Shown one piece after another: positions 38,494-49,061 of a stretch of DNA of 64,000 nt. Source of the stretch: Octopus bimaculoides (Eukaryota); the NCBI RefSeq assembly GCF_001194135.2, contig NC_068982.1:138278964-138342963 (forward strand). Direction: 5' to 3'. A program made the position numbers and the translations under genes. Every line of letters begins with the position of its first letter. Within the stretch, counting starts at the first letter, position 1. The notes under the pieces are model-generated. The model saw only the letters and a list, made by a program, of their open reading frames with translations. It was not told the DNA's origin and did no database searches.

Positions 38494-39984
38494 GTAAGTG
38501 TTTTTTGAGTTGTTTAATAGGAATCCTGCTGTTTCCCACTCTCTCTCCTTCTCCTGCACTTCCCTCAAGTTGGGCAACCGTATATTTTCCTTGCAGTAGC
38601 CTACCTATTTCTGTCTTCATTCCTGATCTGTCTCTCTCCAGCTGGGTACTATAGCAAGACACCTGTATCTGTCTCACTATTACCTTTCCATCATCACTTC
38701 CTCCAATGCCTCCTCCCCTCTTAAAAGTGTGTTTATTTTTTCTTGTCTTGCAAGTACTTGGTGACCCTGTCAGTGCAGGTGCCACTTAAAAGCACCCAGT
38801 CCACACTGTAAAGTGGTTGGACGTTCAGAAAGGCATCCAGCTGTAGAAACCTCACCAAAACTGACCTTTCCTGTGCTTGTGCCATGTAAAAAGCACTAAG
38901 TCCACTCTGCTGAGTGGTTGGTGTTAAGAAGGGCATCCCACTGTAAAAATCCTGCCAAAACACTCACAGAAGCCTGGTGCGAACTTTGGCCTGGCTGGCT
39001 CTTGTACCATCCCACCCATGCTAGCATGGAAGACAGACATTAAAACAATGATGATGACGATAATGTTGTTAAGATGTTTGCTTCCCAACCACATGGTTTT
39101 GGGCTTAGTCCCAGTGGTACCTGGGGCTGTAGTAGAAGGTACTTGACTAAAAACCCTTCAGAGCAGTGCTGTAAAAGGGTAAAAAAATGGGTAAAGACTC
39201 TGTTTGGTCATGAATAACCGTGGGATTGCTCCTACAAAGTTACCCTCCGAGGTACAAGTCTGGGCAAGGTTGTTTATGGAATTCAAGCAGTTGTGCTGTA
39301 GCATGGTCACGTCCAATACCAATGACTGAATCCAGTGAAAATATCAGAGAGTAAACATTTATTTTTTGTTTGGTCCTGGATTAAACAATGAATGTAATCA
39401 GCAAGAATGTAGCTTCACTTGTTTCAACCAGAGGTTGTGGCCATGCTAGGGCACTGCCATTTTGATGAACATTTTACTCCTTAGCTGAGAGGTCTTTGTC
39501 TTGTGAGCTCATGGGTGCGGGTGCCACATAAAAATCACCTGTGCTGGGGTTATGCAAATGCACTCATGCTGGAGCCAGGAAAAAGTATGCCTTGCTGTTG
39601 CTATGTACAGAACACCTGTGCTGGTGCCATATAAGGGGTACCCGTGCTGGTGCCACATAAGGGGTACCCGTGCTGGTGCCACGTAAAGGGGACCCATAAT
39701 GGTGCCTTGTGAAAAGCACCCATGCATCGGTACTTGTGTCACATGAAAAGCATGCAGTACACTCTGTAAAGTCGTTGGCACCAGGAAGGGCATCCAGCCA
39801 TAGAAACCATGCCAAAACAGACAACCCGGAGCCTGGCACTGCTCTCTGGCTTGCTAGCTCCTGCCAAATGGTCCAACCCATGCCAGCAGGAAAGACAAAC
39901 ATTAGATAATGATGATGATGATGATGATGATGATGGTCTATGTGTTGGTCACTCTAAACTGTTCATTTACTTCTTGTTTTTCAG

Positions 39985-40199
39985 CTGAGTTTGTTCTGAA
40001 TTATACTGAAGGTCATTTAGAAAGGGAGATGTTGACAGCCCCTGTTGATCGTGCCGGTAGTTTAAATTGCAGTTTGAACCCGGAAGACTGTGATCACCAG
40101 CCTCCGCCTGATCCCTCAGCTGACAGTGAACCCAAATATCTGTATATCACAGAAGTAACAGCACACACATTTCACAAAATTGTTCTAAACACTTCAAAG
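39985..40199 (+). CDS. TXNDC11: TXNDC11 exon
   Basis: tttcag|CT...AAG|gtaagt; EFVLNYTEGHLEREML...YITEVTAHTFHKIVLNTSK vs recalled human LITEVTTDTFWEVVLQK; phase 1 to 0. Confidence 0.9.
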
Positions 40200-40794
40200 G
40201 TAAGTTGCAAAAGATCATTGCCTTCAGTTCTCTTAAGCAGAGATGTCTGTCTGGGGGTGAGGAAAGGCACACACACACACACACACACGTGCATGGACAC
40301 AAATGACAGGCTTCTTTCAGTTTCCATCTACCAAATCCACTCACTAGGCTTTGGTTGGCCTGTGGCTATAGTAGAAGACACTTGCCCAAGGTGCTGTGCA
40401 GTGGGAATGAATTTGAACCTGTGTAGCTGGGAAGCAAATTCTGTACCACATAGTCATGCCTGCACCTACACAGTCCACTATGACACACCCACACATTCAC
40501 ATTTTGGGTAACATAGTGTGTTTTCCAAAGCTTCTTTCCTGGTATTGGCTACCAAATGTTAGCATGTAGTAAGACTTCCTGTCACTAGATGTATCTGTGG
40601 AAATATGCAAAGATCTGTAGAGTTTAAACAAAGAAGTTTTAATACGAGAAGATGGATCGGAGAAGCCTTATTACAATTCACTTCAATTGTTTCAACGCAT
40701 CAATGCTTTCACTGGTCACCTGAGGATGCACATGTATATGGCTGTTGTTGAATCTTATTAATACGATATTGTATATAATATACACAGCATTACA

Positions 40795-41010
40795 AGGTGG
40801 CGAGCTGGCAGAAACGTGAACACACCGGGCGAAATGCTTAGCGGTATTTTGTCTGTCTTTATGTTCTGAGTTCAAATTCTGCCGAGGTCGACTTTGCCTT
40901 TCATTGTTTCGGGGTCGATAAAATAAGTACCATTTGTGTAGTGGGGTCGATCTAATTGACTGGCACCTCCCCCAAAATTTCAGGCCTTGTGCCGAGAGCA
41001 GAAAAGAATA
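40795..41010 (+). mobile_element. SINE family B (tRNA head; Meta-like central domain)
   Basis: ggcgagctggcagaaacg...ctgagttcaaattc...gtcgactttgcctttcat...ggggtcgataaa.taagtacca. Copies near 13775(-), 19630-20940(- x4), 29995(+), 31480(+), 43185(+), 46310-46670(-), 51680-51905(-), 57295(+), 57657(+). Confidence 0.8.
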
Positions 41011-41110
41011 TATGCAGCATTAATATAAATTATGATGACATGACTTATTCATCAGAAGAATTTTAAAATAATTCTTTATTTACCAAAACACTATTGTTCT
41101 CTTTTGCCAG

Positions 41111-41223
41111 GATGTCCTGCTACTTTATTATGCCCCCTGGTGTGGATTTTGTGCTAGCTTTGCCCACATCTACCTGTCGTTAGCTAAATACTTCCGAGCA
41201 GCTACAAGTCTCCTATTTGCCAG
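41111..41223 (+). CDS. TXNDC11: TXNDC11 exon: Trx domain 2 with CxxC (WCGFC)
   Basis: tgccag|GAT...CCAG|gtaagc; DVLLLYYAPWCGFCASFAHIYLSLAKYFRAATSLLFA(R); DVLLLYYAPWCGFC matches recalled human sequence. Confidence 0.96.
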
Positions 41224-41715
41224 GTAAGCTTCAGGTGTGATATTACAACAGAAATATATTTCATAGTTGCTTTGTTTTTCTTTCATGTTAAAAAGTGTTA
41301 ATTATTTAATTTGTCGAGGGTATATTGTTGTTATTGTTTAGCTTTCTCGTTAGGCCCTGGTTGAGCTGGTTATGATTAGAGGTGTTCCACGTGTGACCAT
41401 CCAACTTTTTTAGGAGTTTTTTTATTATATTTTACGGTGTGTCCTTTTATATCGAAGACAGTAGAGTGTAATTTTGAGGGAGATTTAGCTGTTGTTTTTG
41501 GCATGTCAAACGTCCATGTACAAGTTTCCTTGGTTTGTTGAGGCAGCAAGACTTTAGGTGGAGAAGAACATAAAGAATTACATAAAGTTGGGTAAGATAT
41601 TATCACTTGTTTAGCCCAAGGCAATATTCATTGAACAGACGTTTCAGCTATGATCACTCCCATGACGCAACAATTCAGGGCAGAGAATCTTATTGAACTT
41701 AGGTAAAGGTTATTT

Positions 41716-41874
41716 ACATTATTTACATTTAATGCATATTTGTCCTCCTCTTGTTTGTTAATACAACGTTTTGGCTGATATACCCTCCAGCCTTCATCAG
41801 GTGTCTTGAGGAAATTTTGAACCTGATGAGGACAAATATCCTTCAAATGTAAATATTGTAAATATAGAACTGCA
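41716..41874 (-). mobile_element. Penelope-like fragment with hammerhead motif, inverted tail and 17-bp flanking direct repeats
   Basis: Minus strand GACAC-CTGATGA-A-GGCTG..CAGCC-AAAAC-GTT (41761-41805); tail present in both orientations; TTAGGTAAAGGTTATTT at 41699 and 41875. Confidence 0.65.
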
Positions 41875-43529
41875 TTAGGTAAAGGTTATTTGGTATGGAC
41901 GTGTGTATATATGTTTTTTTTGCTGGTGTTTGTTTCATGTATATGTATGCTTTTTGTTTATGTATATTTAATCTATCCTGTGACTGCCGTGTTTGTAGGT
42001 TGCTTGTGCATGCATTTTAGATATACAACTAACACTGATATAATGTCATAATAAATTACATATATTAGTACCCACTGACTGGCCCCTGTGTCAATGGCAT
42101 GTAAAAAGCACTATCCAAACGTGATTGATGTCAGGACCGCCTGACTGGAACTTGTGCCGGTGGCATGTAAAAAGCACCATCTGAACGTGGCCGATGCCAG
42201 TACCCACTGGCTAGCTCCCGTGCCGGTAGCATGTAAAAAAATACCCACTACACTCTCAGAGTGAGTGGCATTAGGAAGGGCATCCAGCTGTAGAAACGTT
42301 GCCAGATTAGATTGGAGCCTGGTGCTGCCACTGGCTCTCCAGACCTCAGTCAAACCGTCCAACCCATGCCAACATGGAAAATGGACGTTAAACGACGATG
42401 ATTATTAATTGTCTTTGTGCTGAATTGCTGTGTCACCGGGATGATCATAGCTGGAACGTCTGTTCAATGAATACTGTATTGGGCTAAACAGCAGTTACAA
42501 CACCTTAATTGTATTATGTAATTCTGTAAAATTCTGAATTGTCGGCGCTGAATTGTCCACTTCGATCATCTCACTTATTTGTATATTCCAGAAAAATCTG
42601 TCTGTTTCAAACACAGTAACAACCGGGGAAAACAAAATACTAAAAGATGGCAGCTGATATTTCCAGGGACATAACTCTGACATTTTATTACTCTTTTACT
42701 CTTTTTACTCTTTTAGTTGTTTCAGTCATTTGACTGCGGCCATGCTGGAGCACCGCCTTTAGTCGAGCAAATCGACCTCAGGACTTATTCTTTGGAAGCT
42801 TAGTACTTATTTTAGCTGTTTCTTTTGCCGAACCGCTAAGTTACAGGGACGTAAATACACCACCATCGGTTGTCAAGTGATGCTGGGGGGGACAAACACA
42901 CACACACACACACANNNNNNNNNNNNNNNNNNNNNNNNNNNNNNNNNNNNNNNNNNNNNNNNNNNNNNNNNNNNNNNNNNNNNNNNNNNNNNNNNNNNNN
43001 NNNNNNNNNNNNNNNNNNNNNNNNNNNNNNNNNNNNNNNNNNNNNNNNNNNNNNNNNNNNNNNNNNNNNNNNNNNNNNNNNNNNNNNNNNNNNNNNNNNN
43101 NNNNNNNNNNNNNNNNNNNNNNNNNNNNNNNNNNNNNNNNNNNNNNNNNNNNNNNNNNNNNNNNNNNNNNNNNNNNNNNNNNNNAAACGTTAGCATGCCG
43201 GGCGAAATGCTTAGCAGTATTTCGTCTGCCGCTACGTTCTGAGTTCATATTCAACCGAGGTCGACTTTGCCTTTCATCCATTCGGGGTCGATTAAATAAG
43301 TACCAGTTACGCACTGGAAGTTGATATAATCGACTTAATCCGTTTGTCTGTCCTTGTTTGTCCCCTCTGTGTGTAGCCCCTTGTGGGTAGTAAAGAAATA
43401 ACACAGTGGGAATGAACCCAGAACCATGTGGTTGGTAAGCAAGCTACTTACCACACAGCCACTCCTGCGCCTATAAAAAACTTTTTTTTCAAGCACACAC
43501 ACACACACATTCCTCTTGGTTTGGCTTCC

Positions 43530-43976
43530 TGAGTGAAGATTTACGGAGGTCAGATATCCACGTCTATTTACAAGCTTACCGATGTCCAACAAGTCCAGTT
43601 TGGGACAAACAGGCACCACTGCAGAGGTTGTATGGGAAGATAGGCTTGCCAGAGTTGGTCGCTGTCTCCTTGGTATTCTTCCTTTTTCTCTTGTCTGCAA
43701 GTATGGTCGTGTGGGTGTCTTCAGAGGAGGCCTTTACCCAGTGGACAATGAGATGCCAAGCTTCGTGATCAGCAGCAAGAACAGACCCCTTGTGGTGATC
43801 GATGTGGTAGGCACCTAGGGATTTCTTTAGGGAGTCCTTGTACTTCTTCTCTGGGGTTGCTCTATCACTGGGAGCAGAGCAGAGTTTGTCATACAGTGTG
43901 ATCTTGGAAACTTGATGATCCTCCACCCAGGTGACGTCACCTGCTCTCCCCACCCAGACCTGTATCTTCAGCAGAG
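43530..43976 (-). mobile_element. RTE-clade LINE 3' remnant
   Basis: KITLYDKL...KKYKDSLKKSL..HIDHH...LAAD.EAW...C..ACLSQTGLVGHR, the C-terminal pattern of RTE elements. Confidence 0.75.
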
Positions 43977-43984
43977 TTGGTGAA

Positions 43985-44300
43985 TTAGGAGTGGTCGAAT
44001 TGATCTATTAAGGGTGGTGGAGTTTGATCTATTAGGAGTAGTGGAGTTGACCTATTAGGAGTGTTGAAGTTGACCTATTGGGGGTGGTGGAGTTGACCTA
44101 TTGGGAGTGGTGGAGTTGATCTATTAGGGGTGGTGGAGTTGATCTATTAGGGGTGGTGGAAGTGATCTATTAGGGGTAGTGGAGTTGATCTATTAGGGGT
44201 GGCGGAGTTGATCTATTAGGGGTGGTGGAGTTGATCTATTGGGGGTGGTGGAGTTGATCTATTAGGGATGGTGGAGTTGATCTATCAGGGATGGTAGTGT
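43985..44300 (+). repeat. 23-bp G-rich minisatellite (ctattaggggtggtggagttgat), about 13-14 copies
   Basis: Unit read directly; abuts the RTE remnant. Confidence 0.9.
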
Positions 44301-44655
44301 TGATCCTTCATTTGGTTTGGCAGCCCTCCATTACTCTTTTTGGGTGGTGTAGTTAATCTATCCCATGGCTTGACACCTTTCCCTAACTATTTCCTGCCTT
44401 TAGTAACCTCTTCACATTCTGTTGCAAACAGTTCAAACCAGTTCTTTCTCTTCTGTAGGCAACTCATTATCGCAATGTGTTGTATCTTACTTTACCCATC
44501 TTTCAGAGTGGTGGGAAGGCTGTGGAAAAAGAAGAAAGAAAAATGAATCATGGGACCATTTGCTCCTTTTCCTCTGAGATAGCCCCCTCCCCCACCACCA
44601 ATTCAATAACAAAACCAAACCATTTGCATGTCTGATTGTTCTTATTGTTATTTAG

Positions 44656-44736
44656 GATCAATGGTGATACGGAAGACTTACCATGGGAGTACACTGCGGA
44701 TACATACCCTACGTTGCTCTTCTTCCCTTCTGGCCG
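44656..44736 (+). CDS. TXNDC11: TXNDC11 exon (last mapped)
   Basis: atttag|G...CCG|gtaagt; INGDTEDLPWEYTADTYPTLLFFPSG(R) vs recalled human [27 protein letters not shown]; phase 2 to 2; no stop codon reached. Confidence 0.93.
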
Positions 44737-45104
44737 GTAAGTAGCTTCATGTGTCCCTTCTCTTACTGCTCCTCCTTCTCCTTGTGGTCCTAGTGGTGTT
44801 GGTCATGGTGCTGGGGGTAGCACACTATCGTTGTCTCTGTTTATTGTGAAGTCATTCTTATCGAGATTCAGTCTTTCTCTTGTAGCACAATGCACAAACA
44901 TGCACACTCACTTGTGCACACTCTCATTCACTCACACACACACATCTACCCCTCAGCCCACCCCCACACACATGCACACACACACCCTTTCTTACTCACA
45001 CCCACACTTGCTCTTACCACCCAACTACTTATATATTTTGATTATATTTTGGAAAATTTGGAAAATAGTAATTTGCTTGCCATTTTATTTCTTAATAGTT
45101 TATT

Positions 45105-45370
45105 GCATGATGTACCTCTGTTTGTGATGTACCTCTGTTTGTGATGTACCTCTGCTTGTGATGTACCTCTGTTTGTGATGTACATCTGTTTGTGATGTAC
45201 CTCTGTTTGTGATGTACATCTGTTTGTGATGTACATCTGTTTGTGATGTACCTCTGTTTGTGATGTACCTATTTGTAATGTACCTCTGTTTGTGATGTAC
45301 ATCTGTTTGTGATGTACCTATTTGTAATGAACCTCTGTGATGTACCTCTGTTTGTATGTACCTCTGTTTT
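45105..45370 (+). repeat. 17-bp minisatellite (gtgatgtacctctgttt), about 15 copies
   Basis: Unit read directly. Confidence 0.9.
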
Positions 45371-45446
45371 AAGATAGGTACACTGTATCCTTCTTTGCTA
45401 CACATACACTGCACCCCTGTTTTATAAGAGGTATATTAGGTACAGT

Positions 45447-45785
45447 GAAGGCACATGGCTCAGTGGTTAGAGTGTCGAGCTTGCGATCGTGAGGTTGTAA
45501 GTTCGATTCCCAGACCGGGCTGCGTGTTGTTTTTCTTGAGCAAGACACTTTATTTCACGTTGCTCCAGTTCACTCAACTGTAGAAAATGAGTTGCGATGT
45601 CACAGGTGCCAAGCTGTATCGGCCTTTGCCTTTCCCTTGGATAACACTAGTGGCGTGGAGAGGTGAGGTTGGTATGCATGGGCGACTGCTGGTCTTCCAT
45701 AAACAACCTTTCCCGGACTTGTGCCTGGGAGGGTAATTTTCTAGGTGCAATCCCATGGTCAGTCATGACCGAAGGGGTGTCTCCT
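45447..45785 (+). mobile_element. SINE family C (tRNA head; V-like cttgagcaagacact domain)
   Basis: gaaggcacatggctcagtggttagag...gttcgattccc...cttgagcaagacactttatttcac. Copies near 953, 14460, 34493, 56731. Confidence 0.8.
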
Positions 45786-46667
45786 CCAGGGCATCCTGGC
45801 GTTAGGAAAGGCATCCAGCTGTAGAAACTCTGTCAAATCAGATTGGAGTCTGGTGTAGCCACCTGGTTCACCAGTCCTCAGTCAAATCGTCCAACCCATG
45901 CTAGCATGGAAAGCGGACGTTAAACGCCGATGATGATCTCAGTATTAGAAAAGGTACACCGTATCTCTTGAAGTTGTAAGCAGCAGCTAAAAGTGTTGGT
46001 GTGAGGAAGGCTATCTAGCCATAGAACACTTTTTGAAAAAGGAACCATGGTGATCAATGATTAGATCGCCATGGGTCCAGTAAGATAAACTCCTGCTTTA
46101 GCAGGGAAGGAATTGAAAAACGAAAACAAATGCTGCTGGGCGGGGAGCATTAACAAGGGCAATAACTCCATGTTTTTATTTCTTAGTTATTTCCCTTGAA
46201 ATTGCCTCCCTTGAAATCATAGAATTTGTTTTTTTTTTAAATCTTAAATTGTCGATATAGATTACGAGGGAATACTACAAAACATAATGTCAAATAATAA
46301 TAATAATAATAATCCTTTCTATTATAGGCACGAGGCCTGAAATTTTGTGGGAGGGGACTAGTCGATTACAGTGTTTCACTGGTACTTAATTTTACCGACC
46401 CCGAAAAGATGAAAGGCAAAGGCAAAGACTGGAGCCTGGTGCGGCCTTCTGGCTTGCCAGTCCCCAGTCAAAGCGTCTAACTCATGCCGGCATGGAAAAC
46501 GGACATTAAACGAAGAATGATAAAAATGATAATAATAATCTTTTCTACTGGAGGCACAAGGCCTCAAGTTTGGAGGGAGGGGACTAGTCGATTACATCAA
46601 CCCCAATGTTTCACTGGTACTTAATTTATCGACCCCAAAAGGACGAAAGGCAAAGTTGACCTTGGCG

Positions 46668-46700
<33 letters not shown>

Positions 46701-46945
46701 CAATAATAATAATAATAATAACAATAATAATAATAATGGTTTCACATTTTGTGACAAGGGCAGCCATTTTTGGGGGGCTGGGGTGAGTCGGTTCCATCAA
46801 CCTCTTTGTTCAACTAGTACTTGTTTAATTGATCCCAAAAGGATGAAAGGCAATGCAAACCTTGGCAGAGCCTGGGGCAGCCTTCCACCTTACCAGCTCC
46901 TAGTCAAACTGTCCAACCCATGCCAGCATGGAAAATGGATGTTAA

Positions 46946-46977
<32 letters not shown>

Positions 46978-47168
46978 ATATATGACTATTGATTTTTTTG
47001 GGTGACACACTGAGAGCCGAATAAATGAGATTTTTAACTCGTATCTTGAGATGAGGATTATGAAGTAGCATGTGCAGTAGAAAGGATGATGTAAGGGGCT
47101 ATGTGTCCTTTGGAATGAAGTACTGTGAGATCTGTTCTCATCACTGTAACTAATTCAGCTGCTAATAC

Positions 47169-47635
47169 TTAACCATCTCATTAACTGACCTGGCTGAAAC
47201 CGGCTCTGTCTCTGAGTACAAATGTCTTGTTTCCATAAGTTTTGAATTGAGATCTTCCACCAAACCTTAGTCACAATTTATGTTCCTAACACTAGCTTAA
47301 TGGTAACTAAGTTATTTTACTAAATTCTTTGTTGTATTTCAAGTAATTGAAAGAAGCACAGAACATCGCAAAATAAATACAGTAACAAAAGGGTTAAAGA
47401 GTGGACATTAACCCTTTCGTTACCAACCCGGTTGAAACCGGTTCTGGCTTTGAGTACAAATGTCTTGTTTCCATAAGTTTTGAATTAAAATCTTCCACCA
47501 AACCTTAGTCACAATTTATGTTCCTAACGCTAGCTTAATGGTAACCAAGTTATTTTACTAAATTCTTTGTTATATTTAAAGTAATTGAAAGAAATACAGA
47601 ACATCTCAAAATAAATGCAGTAACGGAAAGGTTAA
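47169..47635. mobile_element. Two tandem piggyBac-type MITE copies (about 228 bp each)
   Basis: TTAA|ccctttcgttac...gtaacggaaagg|TTAA at 47408-47635 and a diverged twin at 47169-47397; similar aagggttaa-ended elements near 32105-32292, 34080-34207, 36320-36547, 61680-61897. Confidence 0.7.
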
Positions 47636-48535
47636 ACAGTGAATGCCAACATTTCAAAGCCTCTTCCATTAGCTATGGTGATGATAGCAATTCTTTTTGC
47701 CAGTGCCGCTGGACTGGCTCCTGTGCAGGTGGCACCTAAAAAACACCATTTTGAGCGTGGCCATTGCCAGTACCATGTGACTGGCTCTCGTGCCGGTGGT
47801 ACGTAAAAGCACCCACCACACTCTCTGAGTGGTTGGCATTAGGAAGGGCATCCAGCTGTAGAAACTCTGCCAGATCAGATTGGAGTCTGGTGCAGCCATC
47901 TGGTTCGCCAGTCCTCAGTCAAATTGTCCAACCCATGCTAGCATGGAAAGTGAATGTTAAACGATGATAAATAAAGCATGATTGTGTGATTAAGAAATTC
48001 ACTTCCCAACCATGTGGCCTTGGGTTCAGTCTCATTGTGCAGCACCTTGGGCTAGTGTCTTCTGCTGCTGCCTCAGGCTGACCAAAGTTTTGTCAGTGGA
48101 TTTTGTTAGTGGAAACTGGAAGAAGCCCATCATAATATATACACCTCCTCTCAGTTGTGGGAGGGCCATTTTTTTTTGTTTTGTTAACTGCTGGCAACCC
48201 CACAAGTGCCAATACCACGGAAAGAGCACCCAGCACACTCTGTAAAGTTATTGGTGTTTGGAAGGGCATCTAGCCGTAGAAATTAAGTCAAAGCAGACTT
48301 TGGAATTTGATGCAGTCCTCTAGCCTGCCGGATCCTGTCAGGCCATCCAATAAAACCACATCCTGAGTCATATAGACTAATGGAGTCAGTTTCCTGGATT
48401 CTGTGGTGTGTATAGTCCCCATCTGGACACGAAATTGGTCCATTGCTATAATATTAATTTTTGCGAGCTGAGTGTACAGGAGCAATGTGAAATGGAGTGC
48501 TTCCAAGGAAGATGGATAATGAATGATGGTGGCTG

Positions 48536-48591
<56 letters not shown>

Positions 48592-49025
48592 TTGTCCGTT
48601 TGTCTTGACATCATGCAATATTTATAAAGAAGTGTCGTTATAAGATAATGATGGCATGTAAAAAACACCATACGAGCATGGTTGATACCAGTGCCACCTG
48701 ACTGGCTCCCGTGCCGGTGGCATGTAAAAATGCCGTACAAGCATGGTTGATGCCAGCGCTGCCTGACTGGCTCCCATGCTGGTGCCACATAAAAAGCACC
48801 ATACGAACATGGTCAATGCCACTGCCACCTGATTAACCCTCGTACCAGTTGCATGTAGAAAGCACCCACTACACTCTCAGAGTGGTTGGCATTAGGAAGG
48901 GGCATCCAGCTGTAGAAACCTTGTCAGATCAGATTGGATCCTGGTGCAGCCTTCTGGCTTGCCAGTCCTCAGTCAAACCAACCAGCCCATGCCAGCGTGG
49001 AAAGCGGACGTTAAACGACGACGAC

Positions 49026-49061
<36 letters not shown>

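Noticed and set aside
39215-39300. HDV-ribozyme-like pattern (ACC-CTCCGA-GGT, GG) in a reversed SINE C tail
   Set aside because: P1 is imperfect and I could not find the P2 partner strand or the catalytic C segment.
43985-45370. Regular tandem arrays as CRISPR
   Set aside because: Head-to-tail minisatellites with no unique spacers, in a eukaryotic intron.
45447-45520. tRNA-like sequences with box A/B at many sites
   Set aside because: They are SINE heads that continue into repeat bodies and lack a complete cloverleaf, so they are not tRNA genes.
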